Notes under the pieces: model-generated
Seen by the model: the letters and a program-made list of their open reading frames with translations, nothing else
What the model was told of the DNA's origin: nothing
Databases searched by the model: none
DNA from: Marsupella aquatica
Taxonomy: Eukaryota; Plantae; Marchantiophyta
Assembly: GCA_973895155.1 (NCBI GenBank)
Contig: OZ316894.1
Coordinates: forward strand, 1,752,457 to 1,816,456
DNA: 64,000 nucleotides
Direction: 5' to 3'
Made by a program: the position numbers and the translations under genes
In this document: piece after piece, positions 36,486 through 48,800 of the stretch
Position numbering within the stretch: the stretch's first letter is position 1
Layout of the letters: each line of letters starts with the position of its first letter

Positions 36486-39400
36486 TCAAGTTAGCCTAGG
36501 ACTCAATTTGATTTTGTACCCGCCTTTTGGCTTGGGAAAGATTCCTTCATACTCCACACCCTTATCAGGTTGAGCACTCTCATGCCTGCACAAGCAATTA
36601 TCAAGAAATGGACACTGAATGTCAATTTTTGGACCGTGGAGTTTATAACTTGGAGTTCTAGGATTTTTCACATCATTCAAATGATAGAACTGTTTTGCAG
36701 TCTCATTCGTAGAGATGAGTTAGGTATTGGGCACCCAATTCTTTGAGGTGTTAAAAGGGCACTATAATCCCCACGGGGGTCACGTATATACAGACCATGA
36801 CCCCCAAAGAGAGGATGGGTTACCTGAGGGAGCCAGACAAGTGAATATTGAAAAACTAATAATGCTTGGCACTAGATTCTGGCAGGAACACAAAGATTTA
36901 AATTGGTGAACTCCGAGCCAATTTGGTGAGAGGCTTGTGTCCCATAACTATTAATGAAATTGCAAACTAATGTCACAACAAAGGTTTTAGTAAGGCGTTT
37001 CAAAGACTGACGATAACAAGACAAGACTCTCCCATAACTCCAGTGTCATGGGAACTCCCATAAGAGTTACGTGAGCCAATCTTTAGCTACTAGTGTAAGG
37101 AAAGCAAGTTGACTCAACATTTTCACATAACTTTAGGTGCAAACCCAGAATTCAGGAAATCCAGGACTATAGAACTTAGGAAAGCCACAACTGAAGGCAG
37201 GTGACTTTGTGGCTGACGTGATGATGGCTCCGCATTTGAGGTGGCAGCTGATCAAGAAGGGAGAAAAAAAATATAGACTTTGAGACAGGTGAGACCCTAA
37301 CTCCTGACTATGGGGCAGGTCAATGACTATGGGGCAGGTCTATACATCAGGCGCCATTTTTAAAATTACATAACTAGTTTATGGAATATAACACAAATAT
37401 GTAACTTTCATTAAATAATGACCTTCCTCACACTACATTGGTGGATGCAAATCCATGTCAAGTTCTGACTAGATGTCATTCTGCCAGTCTGTCGACTCCT
37501 TTCACTCCAATAGTTCAGACTGGCATGGGCTGGATAGCAGTCTCCATTCGAGAGGCGGACTAACTGTACCTCGCTCTGTCAAATTAAGGTCAGGTATATA
37601 GGTGCTTACATGTAAGTTGTAGTGAGATGATGAACGAAGACGCACACAATGAGCTTGGCCATTTCAATCCCCGGACACATATGAGGCCCAGTATTGAATG
37701 GAATGTAAGTGTATGGTTTCGGGGGCACCTGCAGACGTTTCCCCAATCGAAAGATGTCACTTCAGGTCAGCTGCACGAACTCATTTTAGGAAAGCAAAAT
37801 TTGAGTTCTAACTGTAACATCAAATATTTGAATAAATCCTGACTGAGGAGGAAGGGAATACAGTACTCACATCGAATCGATCGGGGTTGAAATTAAGATC
37901 GGGATAATTGGCAGGATCCGTGTGAATGAAATTGACCATTGGTGCCACGCCCCAACCCTTTGGTATTAGCTGACCTGCATGATAGATAGACTTTTATGAT
38001 CGATGATAACCGAAAGCTACCACAGGTTGTGTTCGAAGAACCAGCGTACACTTCTTGTGAAGCTTGTGCTGGGACAGACCCTTAGAGCTACATTAATTAA
38101 TCTGAACGTACTGTACCTTCATCGAATCCGAACATATATAGTTATAATCACAACCTGGAGCTGGCCAATTTTGCCGGCAGGGTGCGTGGACATTCAAAGT
38201 CTATTCATTCGCAATCCCATTCAAGAACAACTCGCGTAGCTGATGCAATGGTAGGATTGCACGATAATTTAACAATCTGGAAATTAACTCAGATCACTCA
38301 CCTTCAAACTTCACGTCTGCGATTGCCTCCCTAAAAATGACAGGGACGACTGAAAGACTTCTCTGGACTTCAAGATAAAACTGCATCCGGTAATTCAGAA
38401 GTAATTCAGTATGCCAATCGAGCGTGGAACTGTCTAGAATTGTCGACAACTATGCATCTTATTACATGTAGGATTGCAGTGGACTTCACCTGCCTACCAC
38501 TTTGGAACAACCGCAAGTATGGAGCCGCTCTTTAAGTAAATTCATATTAGACTAGTTTCCACTACAATTTACTCGGGATAATCGTGCATGTTACCTTATG
38601 AGTGTAAACCATTTTCCTAGTATCGTCCCAAGTAAGCCTGGGCCCTTCGACGGAAGGGTCTTTGTTTCTGAGAATCTCCTGGTGCTCAGCCTGCTCACAT
38701 GGTATGAGGGTTAGTACTGTCAGTAGCCCGGTCTGTAGACGATCTGAGAAGAATGGACCCGATAAAAGCTGAGACCAACTTCCTCGTCGAGAGGCTGGGC
38801 TGTGTGTCAATATAACACACATAAAATTGAGTAACGACCAATACGGTGAAATAGGGTGCTGGCATAATTTAAACACGTTCAAAATTCTACTACCAATGGA
38901 AGCTCCAGACCTCCAAGAGGTCAGAACGGCCATGCCGGATTCAAACTGAGAACCAAAGCATGCTCCTTACCTGGCAACGGCGAAAGACCTCCGGATAGTC
39001 GATCAGATACTTAAGGACCCATACAAGACTCGTCGAGGTAGTGTCATAAGCACCGGCGTTTATCAAAAACATATTCTCTGCAAGTGTGAAATCGTCGAGA
39101 CCTTTCAGCTCTTCTCGCCCTTCAGGGTCAGCCCGAGCTGCCAATAGAGCTTCGAAGAACGCGCCCTTGGAAGTTTTTTGGCCCTTCGTCTCTTCAATCA
39201 GAGTTTTGAAGTATGCGATCAAACTGGCACGTGCCTGATGAAGACAACAAAGCCAATCAGTCAATGCCTCAAAGTGTAGAGGACAATACTGTTTGATCGA
39301 TACACGTACAGATTTAATTTGTTCTTATCGAAATTATCATTCTCGACCTCGCTTTCAGGTAATGATTTGAGATTTGACAAGTCTTCATTGTTGAAATCTA

Positions 39401-41101
39401 TCTACCTGTATCCAGCTGACTTAGCCTTCAGTTCGCGGAGGTGTCTTCATGCAAGAGCCTAAGGGAAGATCTCAGTTTCAAGTCCAAACTTAGCATTCAG
39501 TTCTAGCTCGGAATGTTCAATAACCTCGGGCAAGATTCAATTTTAAGTCCAAACTGCTGGCATGGCCAGACTTCCTAGAGTTTGTCTACCTTCATGCCTT
39601 TGCTATAAGTCGTCCCTGGAAGATTCACTGGCAACGATACGACCGTCCGAATAATCTTCTTAAAGTTTCCGAAATTTTTCTTTCCTTCTGGTGAACTACT
39701 TTTGTTCTTATCTCCGAATAGAAACCAATTGCTAATATCCCACATAATCTGCCAGTTGACATAAATGACTCACGGGTCAGTACCAAAGTTAATTTTCAAG
39801 AATCTTAAGAGAATAGAATGAGCACGGGAGAATTAATGTAAGGAATGCCGAATTAACACGAACAATTAGAGAATCGCACAGCAGTACTAGGTAATCGAAG
39901 AAGAAAACCAATGCGCTGAAGAACAACGGAAATCAATTGAACTGAGTGATTCATTTCGAGCCGTTGCATAGAACGGCTTCAAAAAGAACGGCACACCTTT
40001 TGCGCTGCATCGATTCCATCAACAGTCCCGGCGTGCACCCAGGAGGCCATGTTTTCGAGAGTGATGCTCTCAAAAGTATGGACCTGATGCCGGAGACTTT
40101 CTAAACCAGCAGATTTCAGGACTACCTTCCTGACAGACGTATGCGGTGGACCATCCTGGAGCATGAACGTGTTGGGTCCTACTGTGTGTCTAAAGCTTTC
40201 GGGGTATGACCGTCGGAAGAGGTGGGGGCTGGTATTGACGAATTTGACGAATTCCGGAGTTGTTCCACATACCGTTGGCCGTAGAAGTATGTTCGTTTTA
40301 AACGTACTTCCATACCTGCGTTGATCAACTCACAACTTTCAGACATTATGTAAAGCGCTGAAGATTCCCAGCCCCCACTGGCTAGTTCCTTTGGTAATTA
40401 TTGGCAACTGATTCGCTGTCCCCTCTGGACCAATGGTTTGAGATCAACCCGGAGCTGTTAATCATCCAAGCCAACATGTCGAGCCACGTACATATTGCCG
40501 CAATATTTCAGAGTCTTTGAACGGGGACGTGCTACCTACACAGGGACCTTGCCCACCAAAACCTTTCCTTCAATTTCGCTATTGCACTGGAAGCTTTCTC
40601 CTGGCAGCGAGAGATTCAGTGGCAGAAAGCAGGATGCCTAAGGTACACAATCACTGCAGCAATTTATATAGTTGAGTTGTCTGCCCTCCCTAAGTTACCA
40701 TTACCATTCTATGCAAGACCAGATCCACAGTGATGGAACACATGGAGTAGCGGCCAACCCGAGATCATTACTGAATTCATGAACAAGAGATTACCTGCAA
40801 AAGCCAATTCAAGATCAAGACTGTTCAATTCATGAATAAGCGATTACCTCCTGACACGAGAATGAACAAATTCTTTGGGATCACGGACAAAGTCGAGTGA
40901 TTCCCCAATGATAGGCCAGCCCAGCGAGCCTTTGGGCAGCACGGCATCAGGCCTTCGTAACAAGTATAGAGAGTACAGTCGCTGCGCCCACAGCAGAACA
41001 GCTCCACCCAGCACCAGGGCCAGCACTACCGATATTGTCGACAGCCCTGAGTCCCTCATCTCTGTGTATCTCAAGAATGTGGACAGTACTGACTCACCCA
41101 T
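36486..41101 (-). CDS. Cytochrome P450, CYP85 clan (CYP707/CYP90/CYP85-like), ~497 aa, 9 exons
   Basis: Exons 41101-40848, 40315-39997, 39748-39590, 39234-38971, 38690-38595, 38380-38302, 37974-37871, 37728-37610 and 36585-36486 give 1494 nt in phase. N-terminal TM anchor, LPKGSLGWPIIGES, RYGSTFKTNIL, I-helix GAYDTTS, K-helix EVQR, IPKGW, FNPDRF, heme motif FNTGPHMCPG, C-terminal FPKPKGG. Confidence 0.93.
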
Positions 41102-41360
41102 CTCTGTGACTGTCTAGAGCTGGAGAACTTGGACTCGCCACAGGTGCGCTGTCTTTAGATACACAGTTTTTACAGCTTGCATCTGATCTGGAAGCACAAT
41201 CCTTGAAACAAAGTTTCCCGTGGGCACTCCTTGTGTCAGATGTGAGACATATATCTTGCTTTCGGTGCTCTTTCTTCCCACCGTGTGCTCTATTGTGTCA
41301 GATGTTAGGCATATATACTGTTTTCAGCGCCCTTTCTTCCCACCAACGTGTGCAATGCAG

Positions 41361-41737
41361 GACCGTGAGACCATAAAATTTATCTCTAAAAAGAAGACTC
41401 GTCTATATAACTAGTAGTGAACACAACCTAGAGGTGGGTTGTAGAGTTCTAGAGTTCTACCTAAACTCTAACTCTAGAGTGTGGATTGCAAGACCGGGAG
41501 ATTCTAAAATTGAGCTCTAAACGAAGACTCGTCTATATAACTAGTAGTGAACACAAGCTAGAGGTGGGATCTAGAGTTCTAGAGTGAAGCCAACCCTAAC
41601 TCTAGAGTGTGCATTGCATGACCGGGAGATCATAAAATTGAGGTCTAAAAAGAAGACTCGTATGTATAACTAGTTGACCACAAGGTAGACAAAGATGGGA
41701 TCTAGAGTGAAGCCTAAAGTAACCCTAACTCTAGACT
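41361..41737 (+). repeat. ~130-bp tandem repeat (3 units, TCTAGA-rich) 260 bp upstream of the P450 start; a further copy at 43935-44066
   Basis: AAGACTCGT.TATATAACTAGT.GTGAACACAA.CTAGAGGTGGG...TAGAGTTCTAGAGT...CCTAA.CTCTAGAG recurs at about 41394, 41524, 41654 and 43941. Confidence 0.85.
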
Positions 41738-41739
41738 CT

Positions 41740-42100
41740 GGGGTCTCCCATCATCAACGACCTTTTTTAGGCCACATATATACCCCCTAATATTCCCATT
41801 TTTGACCTTACAGAGCTAGAATATTCCTAAAATATTTTAACTTCTGATTAAAAAGACCCTAATGTACTTAATATAAGTTTCAAAATTAGATTTCAAAGAC
41901 CCTATTGTTTTTCTGAGAAATTTTTAAAATTTTCTCTCATAACAAATATAAAACCATATCATTCATCGCACATGATGTGTCATTTTTGTGGAAGTAAAAC
42001 ATTAAGACTCTAGAGTGTGCATAGGACAGTGAAATATACAATTGAACTCTACAATTAGTCCGTGGACCCCTTGTTGATCCCAGGAATGTGTGTAAATTTG
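41740..42100. repeat. AT-rich dispersed repeat (TE terminal-like)
   Basis: 41740-41910 aligns by eye with the reverse complement of 52335-52510 (CGAC.TTTTTAGGCC.CA...ACCCCCTAA...GAATATTCC...TTAAAAAGACCCTA.TGT.CTTAA...CAAAATT..ATTT.AAAGACCCTA). Confidence 0.6.
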
Positions 42101-44224
42101 TTTTTTCTTTGAACAAAGATATGAATTTTTTCAGCCAAAAGGACTGGGGATACTAGAAACCCTGCCAATTGCCGGAGTGAAACTCCTAGCCGTGACCCTA
42201 TAGGCATGTAGTTACAATTATAGAGATACTAGTGAGCGAAAAGGTAAACTGAAGGGCCATTTCTTCAGTCTGTCTCCAACAAAGACTACTCTTGGGCTTC
42301 TACTGTGGAAATTTAATCTCTAATTTACTTTTACTAAAAGCTGATATTATTAGAAGCTACTATCTCGCTGGGGTGGTGGACTGCCAAAAATTGTACAACA
42401 TTGTGCTATCAAAATAGGTTTTGTTTTGTGACATTAGCTAAATTTTTGAAAAGCTAAGAATGTCAAAATGTTTCCATCATGTTCACTGGACACACACACC
42501 TCAGACACGAGTAAACCTGTTGGTCCAGAGCTTTTTAAATTTCATGTTGCTCTACTTTGATTTGATAACTGAACATTGTAGTTTTGTGCAGAGCTTTTTG
42601 AAAAGGGGAAATAAGTCTCAAATTGTAGTACATAGAAGATGCATTACAATAAGAGGCAAGTAGGAAACAACCCAGTAAGAAACAACAAGCGATCCTCTAG
42701 ACAAGTGCACCCGGGCCTGGTGCGATTGCAGCTGTCTGACTCAGAAAGTTAATGCTCTTTTGGAGTCCTGTGATTACCTTGGTGGCCAAAGAATTCTATC
42801 AAAGTCTCCAAACTAATTCTGTAAAACTTCCACAACTAAGAATTGTATGCTCAATAGCGCTTCTTATCCATTGGTCCACAACAAAGGAGCATTATAATTG
42901 CAGACTAAGACCGAGCCTACCCCGGAGCCTTCGCACTATTACTTGTGCAGGCCCAGCTTATGTGAGTACCACCATCCAAATTGAAAAACATCCCATGTCT
43001 TCATCTTAGAAAAGCTTTCATCTTTGACTCTTTGATCTGAACAGGATAAGCAAGAAGTGACGGACATGACAAAGAATCAGGCACCTGATGAGACAGCTTA
43101 GTGACACGTTGCCACAATTGCTTATGACATCTCCTGCTCCAACCGCTTGTCACAAAATGAGACACAACGAGCTGAACGATGAGGCTGCCAATGTTTCAAA
43201 TGCACATCCTGTCTTCAGGAAATCCTTCATGACAAGCCCTCATTGATCCTCTTGTGGACTTACAAGAGAAATCCCGTATCCATCACAAATCCATCTATTT
43301 GCTTGGTATGGATGCCAAAATTTGTTGGCTTCAACATATCCTACTATACAACCAAACAAAATCTAGAAGACAAACAAGCAATTTTGCAGAGCTTGTTCAA
43401 TTTCCATATCTCTTGGATGGCTGATCATCGGTTGAAAGTTTAGATACAATGGTCCTATTCTCAAAGGCTCCTCATTGCATTTGGAGTGTCATTGAGATGA
43501 CTACTCACTGATCCCAACCTAAAGGCCAAATTTATCGAACCACATGATGCTAAGGGAGGAGGGAGGAGGGGCCTTAGCTTCTTTTGTTCTGACGGTTTTG
43601 TTATTTGGGCAGTTACAGGAATACGGTTACTTTTAATGTTGAACACTATTTATTTTTATAATTTTTTTTTATAAATGTAAGTAAAGGGATTATGGGTGAA
43701 TGTTTTTAATCTTGTCCTTTGTATCAATAGGTTTGGATGAATTACTTTTAAGTATTCTTACATTACGTTTTGACGGCATGGCGTCCATAAAATTACACAA
43801 AAATTGACGTAAACAGGATGGAGAGGAGGTTATTCAATACGCAAACATGACGCATCTTGTTTCATGCGGATGTTGCTGGTCACATGGCACACTGTGGAGT
43901 CTCAAATTTTGGAAGGGACCTCTAGTGGGGTCCGTAAAGAAAGACTCGTCCATATAACTAGTCGTGAACACAAGCTATATAATCGGGTATATAATTAATC
44001 GTGAACACATTCAAGTTAGAGGTGGGATCTAGAGTTCTAGAGTGAAGCCTAAACCCCCACTCTAGATAAAAACCACTTATTGCATGGCCAATTAACTTCA
44101 ATTTTGTATTTCAAAGATGATCAAAAAATAACTTCAATTTTTAAGTATATTAGTGTCTTAGTTATGAGCATTATGAAAATAATTCCCTCTAACCAGGACA
44201 TTATCTTATTCATCAGCCCCTGGT

Positions 44225-45800
44225 CTGTAGCAGGTCTGCACTCCATGTTGTTGAGATGCATCCATCCTCGTGCGTCCTATTTGGCTCGGACGCATCCCCC
44301 TACCGAGGATCTTTATCTACACCTCCGAGCGTTTGATGTCTCCATTCGTGAGACTTTGGCCTCTCTTTTAGGGCCAGGTCCTTTGCTCTCATCTCCGTGG
44401 CTTCATCGACAGCTCAGTCTTCCTATTTCTCACGGTGGTTTTGGGCTTACTTCCACTGAGCGCCTTGCACCTTTGGCCTTCTTGGGCGCGTGGGCGGCCG
44501 CCTTCTCATTGTTGGCAGATTGTTTCCTTACTGAGGATCGACCTTTTTTACTTTCGTCTCTCATGGAGGTCGAGGAGGGTTCCCTCCCATTTCAGGTTCA
44601 ATTGCGCACGGCGCGGTCATCATTACCCGATCCTGTTCGAGCTGCGTTACCTTCATTCCAGGAGTTTTTATCCTTGGACCCCGTCCGTCTTCAGGCAGAC
44701 CTTGCTGGGCGTATGCACGCTTTCACCCTTTCCAGCATCCTCACCGAGGCACTTGACACGGACCGAGCTCGGATTCTTTCTTCCGGAGGGAAGGGCGCAG
44801 GAGGCTGGCTTCAGGCCAATCCAGTCATTCCTCACCTACGGATGTCTTCAGCGGAGTTTGCGACAGCCATGCATCTTCGTATGGGCTTGCCCCACCCACT
44901 TCTTGCTGGTTTACCTCCCACTTGCACTTGTGGGAAGCCTTGTGATGCCACAGGTGTCCATCTTCTTCGATGCAGTTTGGGCGGCGAAACCATTTTTGTT
45001 CACGACGCTGTGAGAGATGCGACTGCTCAGGTTCTCTCTGGCTCTTTGGTCTGCGCGCGGCGGGAGGTGGTGCTCGAGCTACCTGGTCCTCCATCATAGC
45101 GGTTATGGGTGGATCTTACCATGGTCCGTGAAGGTCACCGTACTTTGGTAGATGTAGTGGTGGCAAACCCATTGCGCCAAGACATCATTGGGATAGCGGC
45201 AACAACGGCAGGGGCAGCAGCATCACAAGCAGCAACAACGAAGGAGGCCAAATATGTTGCACAAGCTTCATCTGATAGCTTCCTGCCCCTTGCTCTTGAG
45301 ATATTTGGGCGTCTCCATCATCAGTTTGACGGGCTTCTTTGCCAAGCTGCTCGGGATGTTCACGGTCGGATGGGTCCCATCGGGCCCCCGCTATCTGTTT
45401 TGACCACGCACTTTCGCCAACTCATTTCAGTCACCTTACAGCGTCTCAAGCTTGGGCCGTCTATCGTCGATCTCTGACAGTGGGTGCTAGTGTGACTCCG
45501 CAGTGGCTAGCCCCCCTAGAGGACATTCCTGTCCCACTTGCCGATCTAGTTTCGACACTTGATGTAGACCACTAGCTTGTTGCCACATTTGCTAGGTATG
45601 ATGAGGACCTCGGTCCATTTGCGGTAGTTTTAGTTCCTCTTTCTTGGTTTTTAGGGGTTTCCTTTTGCTCACTTCTTTTAGTTCCTCTTTCTTGGTTTTT
45701 AGGGTTTCCTTTTGCTCACTTCTTTTGCGTTTGGTTTTGTCCACTTGGGACCTCTCTTGTTTATTCTTTTGTACTCTATTTGGCCTTTTTCTGTAAAAAG
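44225..45800 (+). mobile_element. 5'-truncated non-LTR retrotransposon with restriction-like endonuclease (CRE-like clade)
   Basis: RT C-terminal LSLPISHGGFGL, GAGGWLQANP, F..AM.LRMGL, zinc knuckle CTCG...HLLRC..GG...HDAVRD, then an RLE-type DL...VDVVVANP...KEAKY...FLPLALEIFG. An in-frame TAG at 45097 and a frameshift near 45445 disable it. The T-rich 3' region has a ~50-bp duplication at 45630-45725. Confidence 0.85.
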
Positions 45801-48800
45801 TATGTGTATATACTCCATGACCCAGAAATTACAAATTGAGCTCGATTGTCTTAATTTGTATTTGCCACCTGGGTTTAAATTTTTCATAATACATCCCTTG
45901 CTATGAGGAGGGGATTATGAGAAATACCATAAATATAGGAAAATATAACAGCAAAAGTAGTTTTACCACGTAAACAAAATTAAAAAATGGTATAATTACA
46001 CATCACAAAATTGCATTAACAATCAAAGATAGCATGAATCAAACTACTTAGACCCCATTGCAGCCTGCCTGGATTAAGAATATATTGATAGAAGTGAGGT
46101 GGGACCTAGGAAGGGCAATGTGGCATTTGTTGGTTTGGTACCATTGAAGTGCAGCCAAGTGTTGGGCTTCAAGGTGGTGAGCTTTGAGATGGAAGTTTGG
46201 AGAAGCATGAATAATTCTAAGAGAAGAATGATGTGGAAGGAGTATTATGGAGTGGAAGGTATAATTGTGGAGTGGAAGAGTATTGTGGAGATTGAGAAAA
46301 GCAGAATTGTGAGAATGATTCATTGTAGATATGCTCTTTAAATTTTTGGTGAGGTTTTTGGATGGAGAGCTATATATCTGATGTGGAGTTAGGGGTCACT
46401 TTCTTGGTGAGAAATGGAAGGAAGTCAATTAGTCAATGTGGAGAGATTAGACTTCTCAATGGTTTTAAGACAGTTTTCTTCCATGATGTGAGAAATTGAG
46501 AAGTGTAGAGAAGCTTTCTTAGGCTGAAAATTAGATAGGGAGCACCCATGTCGGCAAGTGCTTCAAGGCTACACCTGGGAACATGGATTTAGAGATGAAA
46601 AGTTGGAAGGTCAAATCTCAATGAGGAAGGTCGAAACCTTATGAAGGGTGGTCGTAATTAGCTTGTGTTGAAAAGTTGATATGAAGGTAGCCTAAAGCAA
46701 GGGATACACACCAAGTAGTGGCACTACTAGTGATTTTGACTTTGTAGGAGAAAGTTGTGGCAGTTTCCCTTTTGGACTAAAGTGGATAAACCGGTTTTGG
46801 GGATTGGTTTTTGGAAGAAAGAAAGAGGATGGGAAGGTAGTGTGGGGCAAGGGCTACACAACGATACCTGGAGGTCTCAATTCTAACATTTGGGGGAAAG
46901 TGTTTTTGAGAAGAAATTGTGATTTTAGGTAATTTATGTCAAACTTTGATTATGATTTTCAGTTATCAATAGTATGCAACATAATTTTTGTTTCAATGTA
47001 TAGACGTGTTTGTATTCTTGTGTTATCTTGGCCCTAGCTACATCACTTTATTCAATGATCTGACGATTGTCAGTTCTCCTAGGCCATCTGAGTCAGATTA
47101 TTCAGTCTCGTGACTTGTGTCACTTGTGACTTCACAAAATCTCGTTCTGAGTGTATACTTATCATTGTGAGTCATTCAAAAAATTGTTAGCTAGTACTCA
47201 TATCATTCATGTAATCATTCACGTAATCATTAATTACAACCAATATCTATTTAACTAATAATTATCATTACTTGTGTATGACTCCTTGATTCAGTATGAA
47301 TGACTTGGGGAGTAATTAATTATAACCTGTAATAGTCTTTAAGTAGAACTAAGAGGTTCCTTACAGACTTATGACTCTTGGAGTTAATCTGAGCTACTAC
47401 TTACTTATGACTAATTGAGTCATTTGTTATGATTCGGGAGACTCTAGGTGGAAATGCACAATGGTAATGACTCCTCAAATGACTTGAGTCTTAGACTAAC
47501 TTCAAACTCATTCATACAAGGGAACAAAGTCATAATTGAGTCATACCCTAGTCCTAAGTGCCCGGCCAAAGTGCGGTGATTTTGGGGGGTCTTTCCTACT
47601 ACTGCCTGCCTCACAAATACACCATTCTTTGAGAGGATATTGGGAGCAACTTCAGGAAGAGCAAATAATTTATTTCTTTGAGCCAGATCCTTTACAACAC
47701 ATGTTTGTCTGACCCAGTTTGGCCCTCTACTCGTCTTGAGAGTACGCCTGAGTTCATTAAGCTTGTTGTTTAGCCGAGGCTGTAAACTATTATCACACTG
47801 TCCAGCCCCTTGGCTTAATTATCAAGCTGGAATTATCTTTAGAACTTAATTAGTGCATTTTTAGTATATAGGACACGCCGTTAGGACTTTGACACTAGCT
47901 TAAAGGCTAGAATTAGCTGACCCAGACTTCGGTTAGGATTTAGCCTCACTGGATACAGCTAGAGCCACAGCTCTTAGTTTTTAGTGCATCCCCTTGATAG
48001 AGGCAGGGGGGAGACTTTAGTTGTTGCTGTTCAGATTGATGCAGTCAGTGATTGATGAGAAGCAAAATAGTGTGTTGACAGACAGAATTGTCAATTTGGT
48101 AGGATATTAACATTGAAGAGGATGATGGAAAAGAAATGATGGGACTAGACGAGGACACTAAGAAGGACAATCAGCCGATGGAGCTGATAGAGGAGAATGG
48201 GACTAGTGTCCAGAAAATTGGACTTGGGAGATTGAAATTAACAATATTGTACCATAAGCCAGGGAGAAGGCGAGGTCAAATGCAATTATCTCTAGAAGCT
48301 AAAAAGTAGTAATTAGACAAATGACATGTGGAAAGGGCTTTAAAAGTGGGGCCACCACTTTGTATGGCCATCAGCTAAGAGGTATCAAGTGTGACTTTTC
48401 CCTTTGGGTTTTTCCCTAGGGCAATAAATATCTTCTCATTTCTATGGTCCTATGTGGACCATTTTTGTTTTACCCAAGGCAAAGACTGTTTGACGTCAGA
48501 GGATGTTGTTCACTTAGGTGACTGTGTTTGGCGTCAGAGCACCTAAGTCAAAGGCTGAACCCATGGGTTTTCACTTCTTTGGATAGGGTTAAGGTTGCTC
48601 TAACTTTAAGCAACGTACCTTCCTCAAATGGTAGTAAGAAACTTCTAGAACTATTATATCTAGATAAATCAGCGAAAACAATTTTCTTTAAGCTAGCTAA
48701 AGTTGTCAAGACCTCCAAAAGGAAGGATTGAAAGTAGGTTGTCTTGTAGATCCTGCTCAAACACATTCTAGTCTTAAGACGAAAAATTAATCATTTCTTT

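Noticed and set aside
37655-37685. Suspected frameshift after the P450 heme cysteine
   Set aside because: Recounting gives TGT CCG GGG ATT GAA ATG (CPGIEM), so the frame is intact.
42650-43560. Possible decayed LINE coding remnants (also 8300-8920, 11600-12150 and 46050-46900)
   Set aside because: Composition is suggestive, but no diagnostic motif could be read with confidence.
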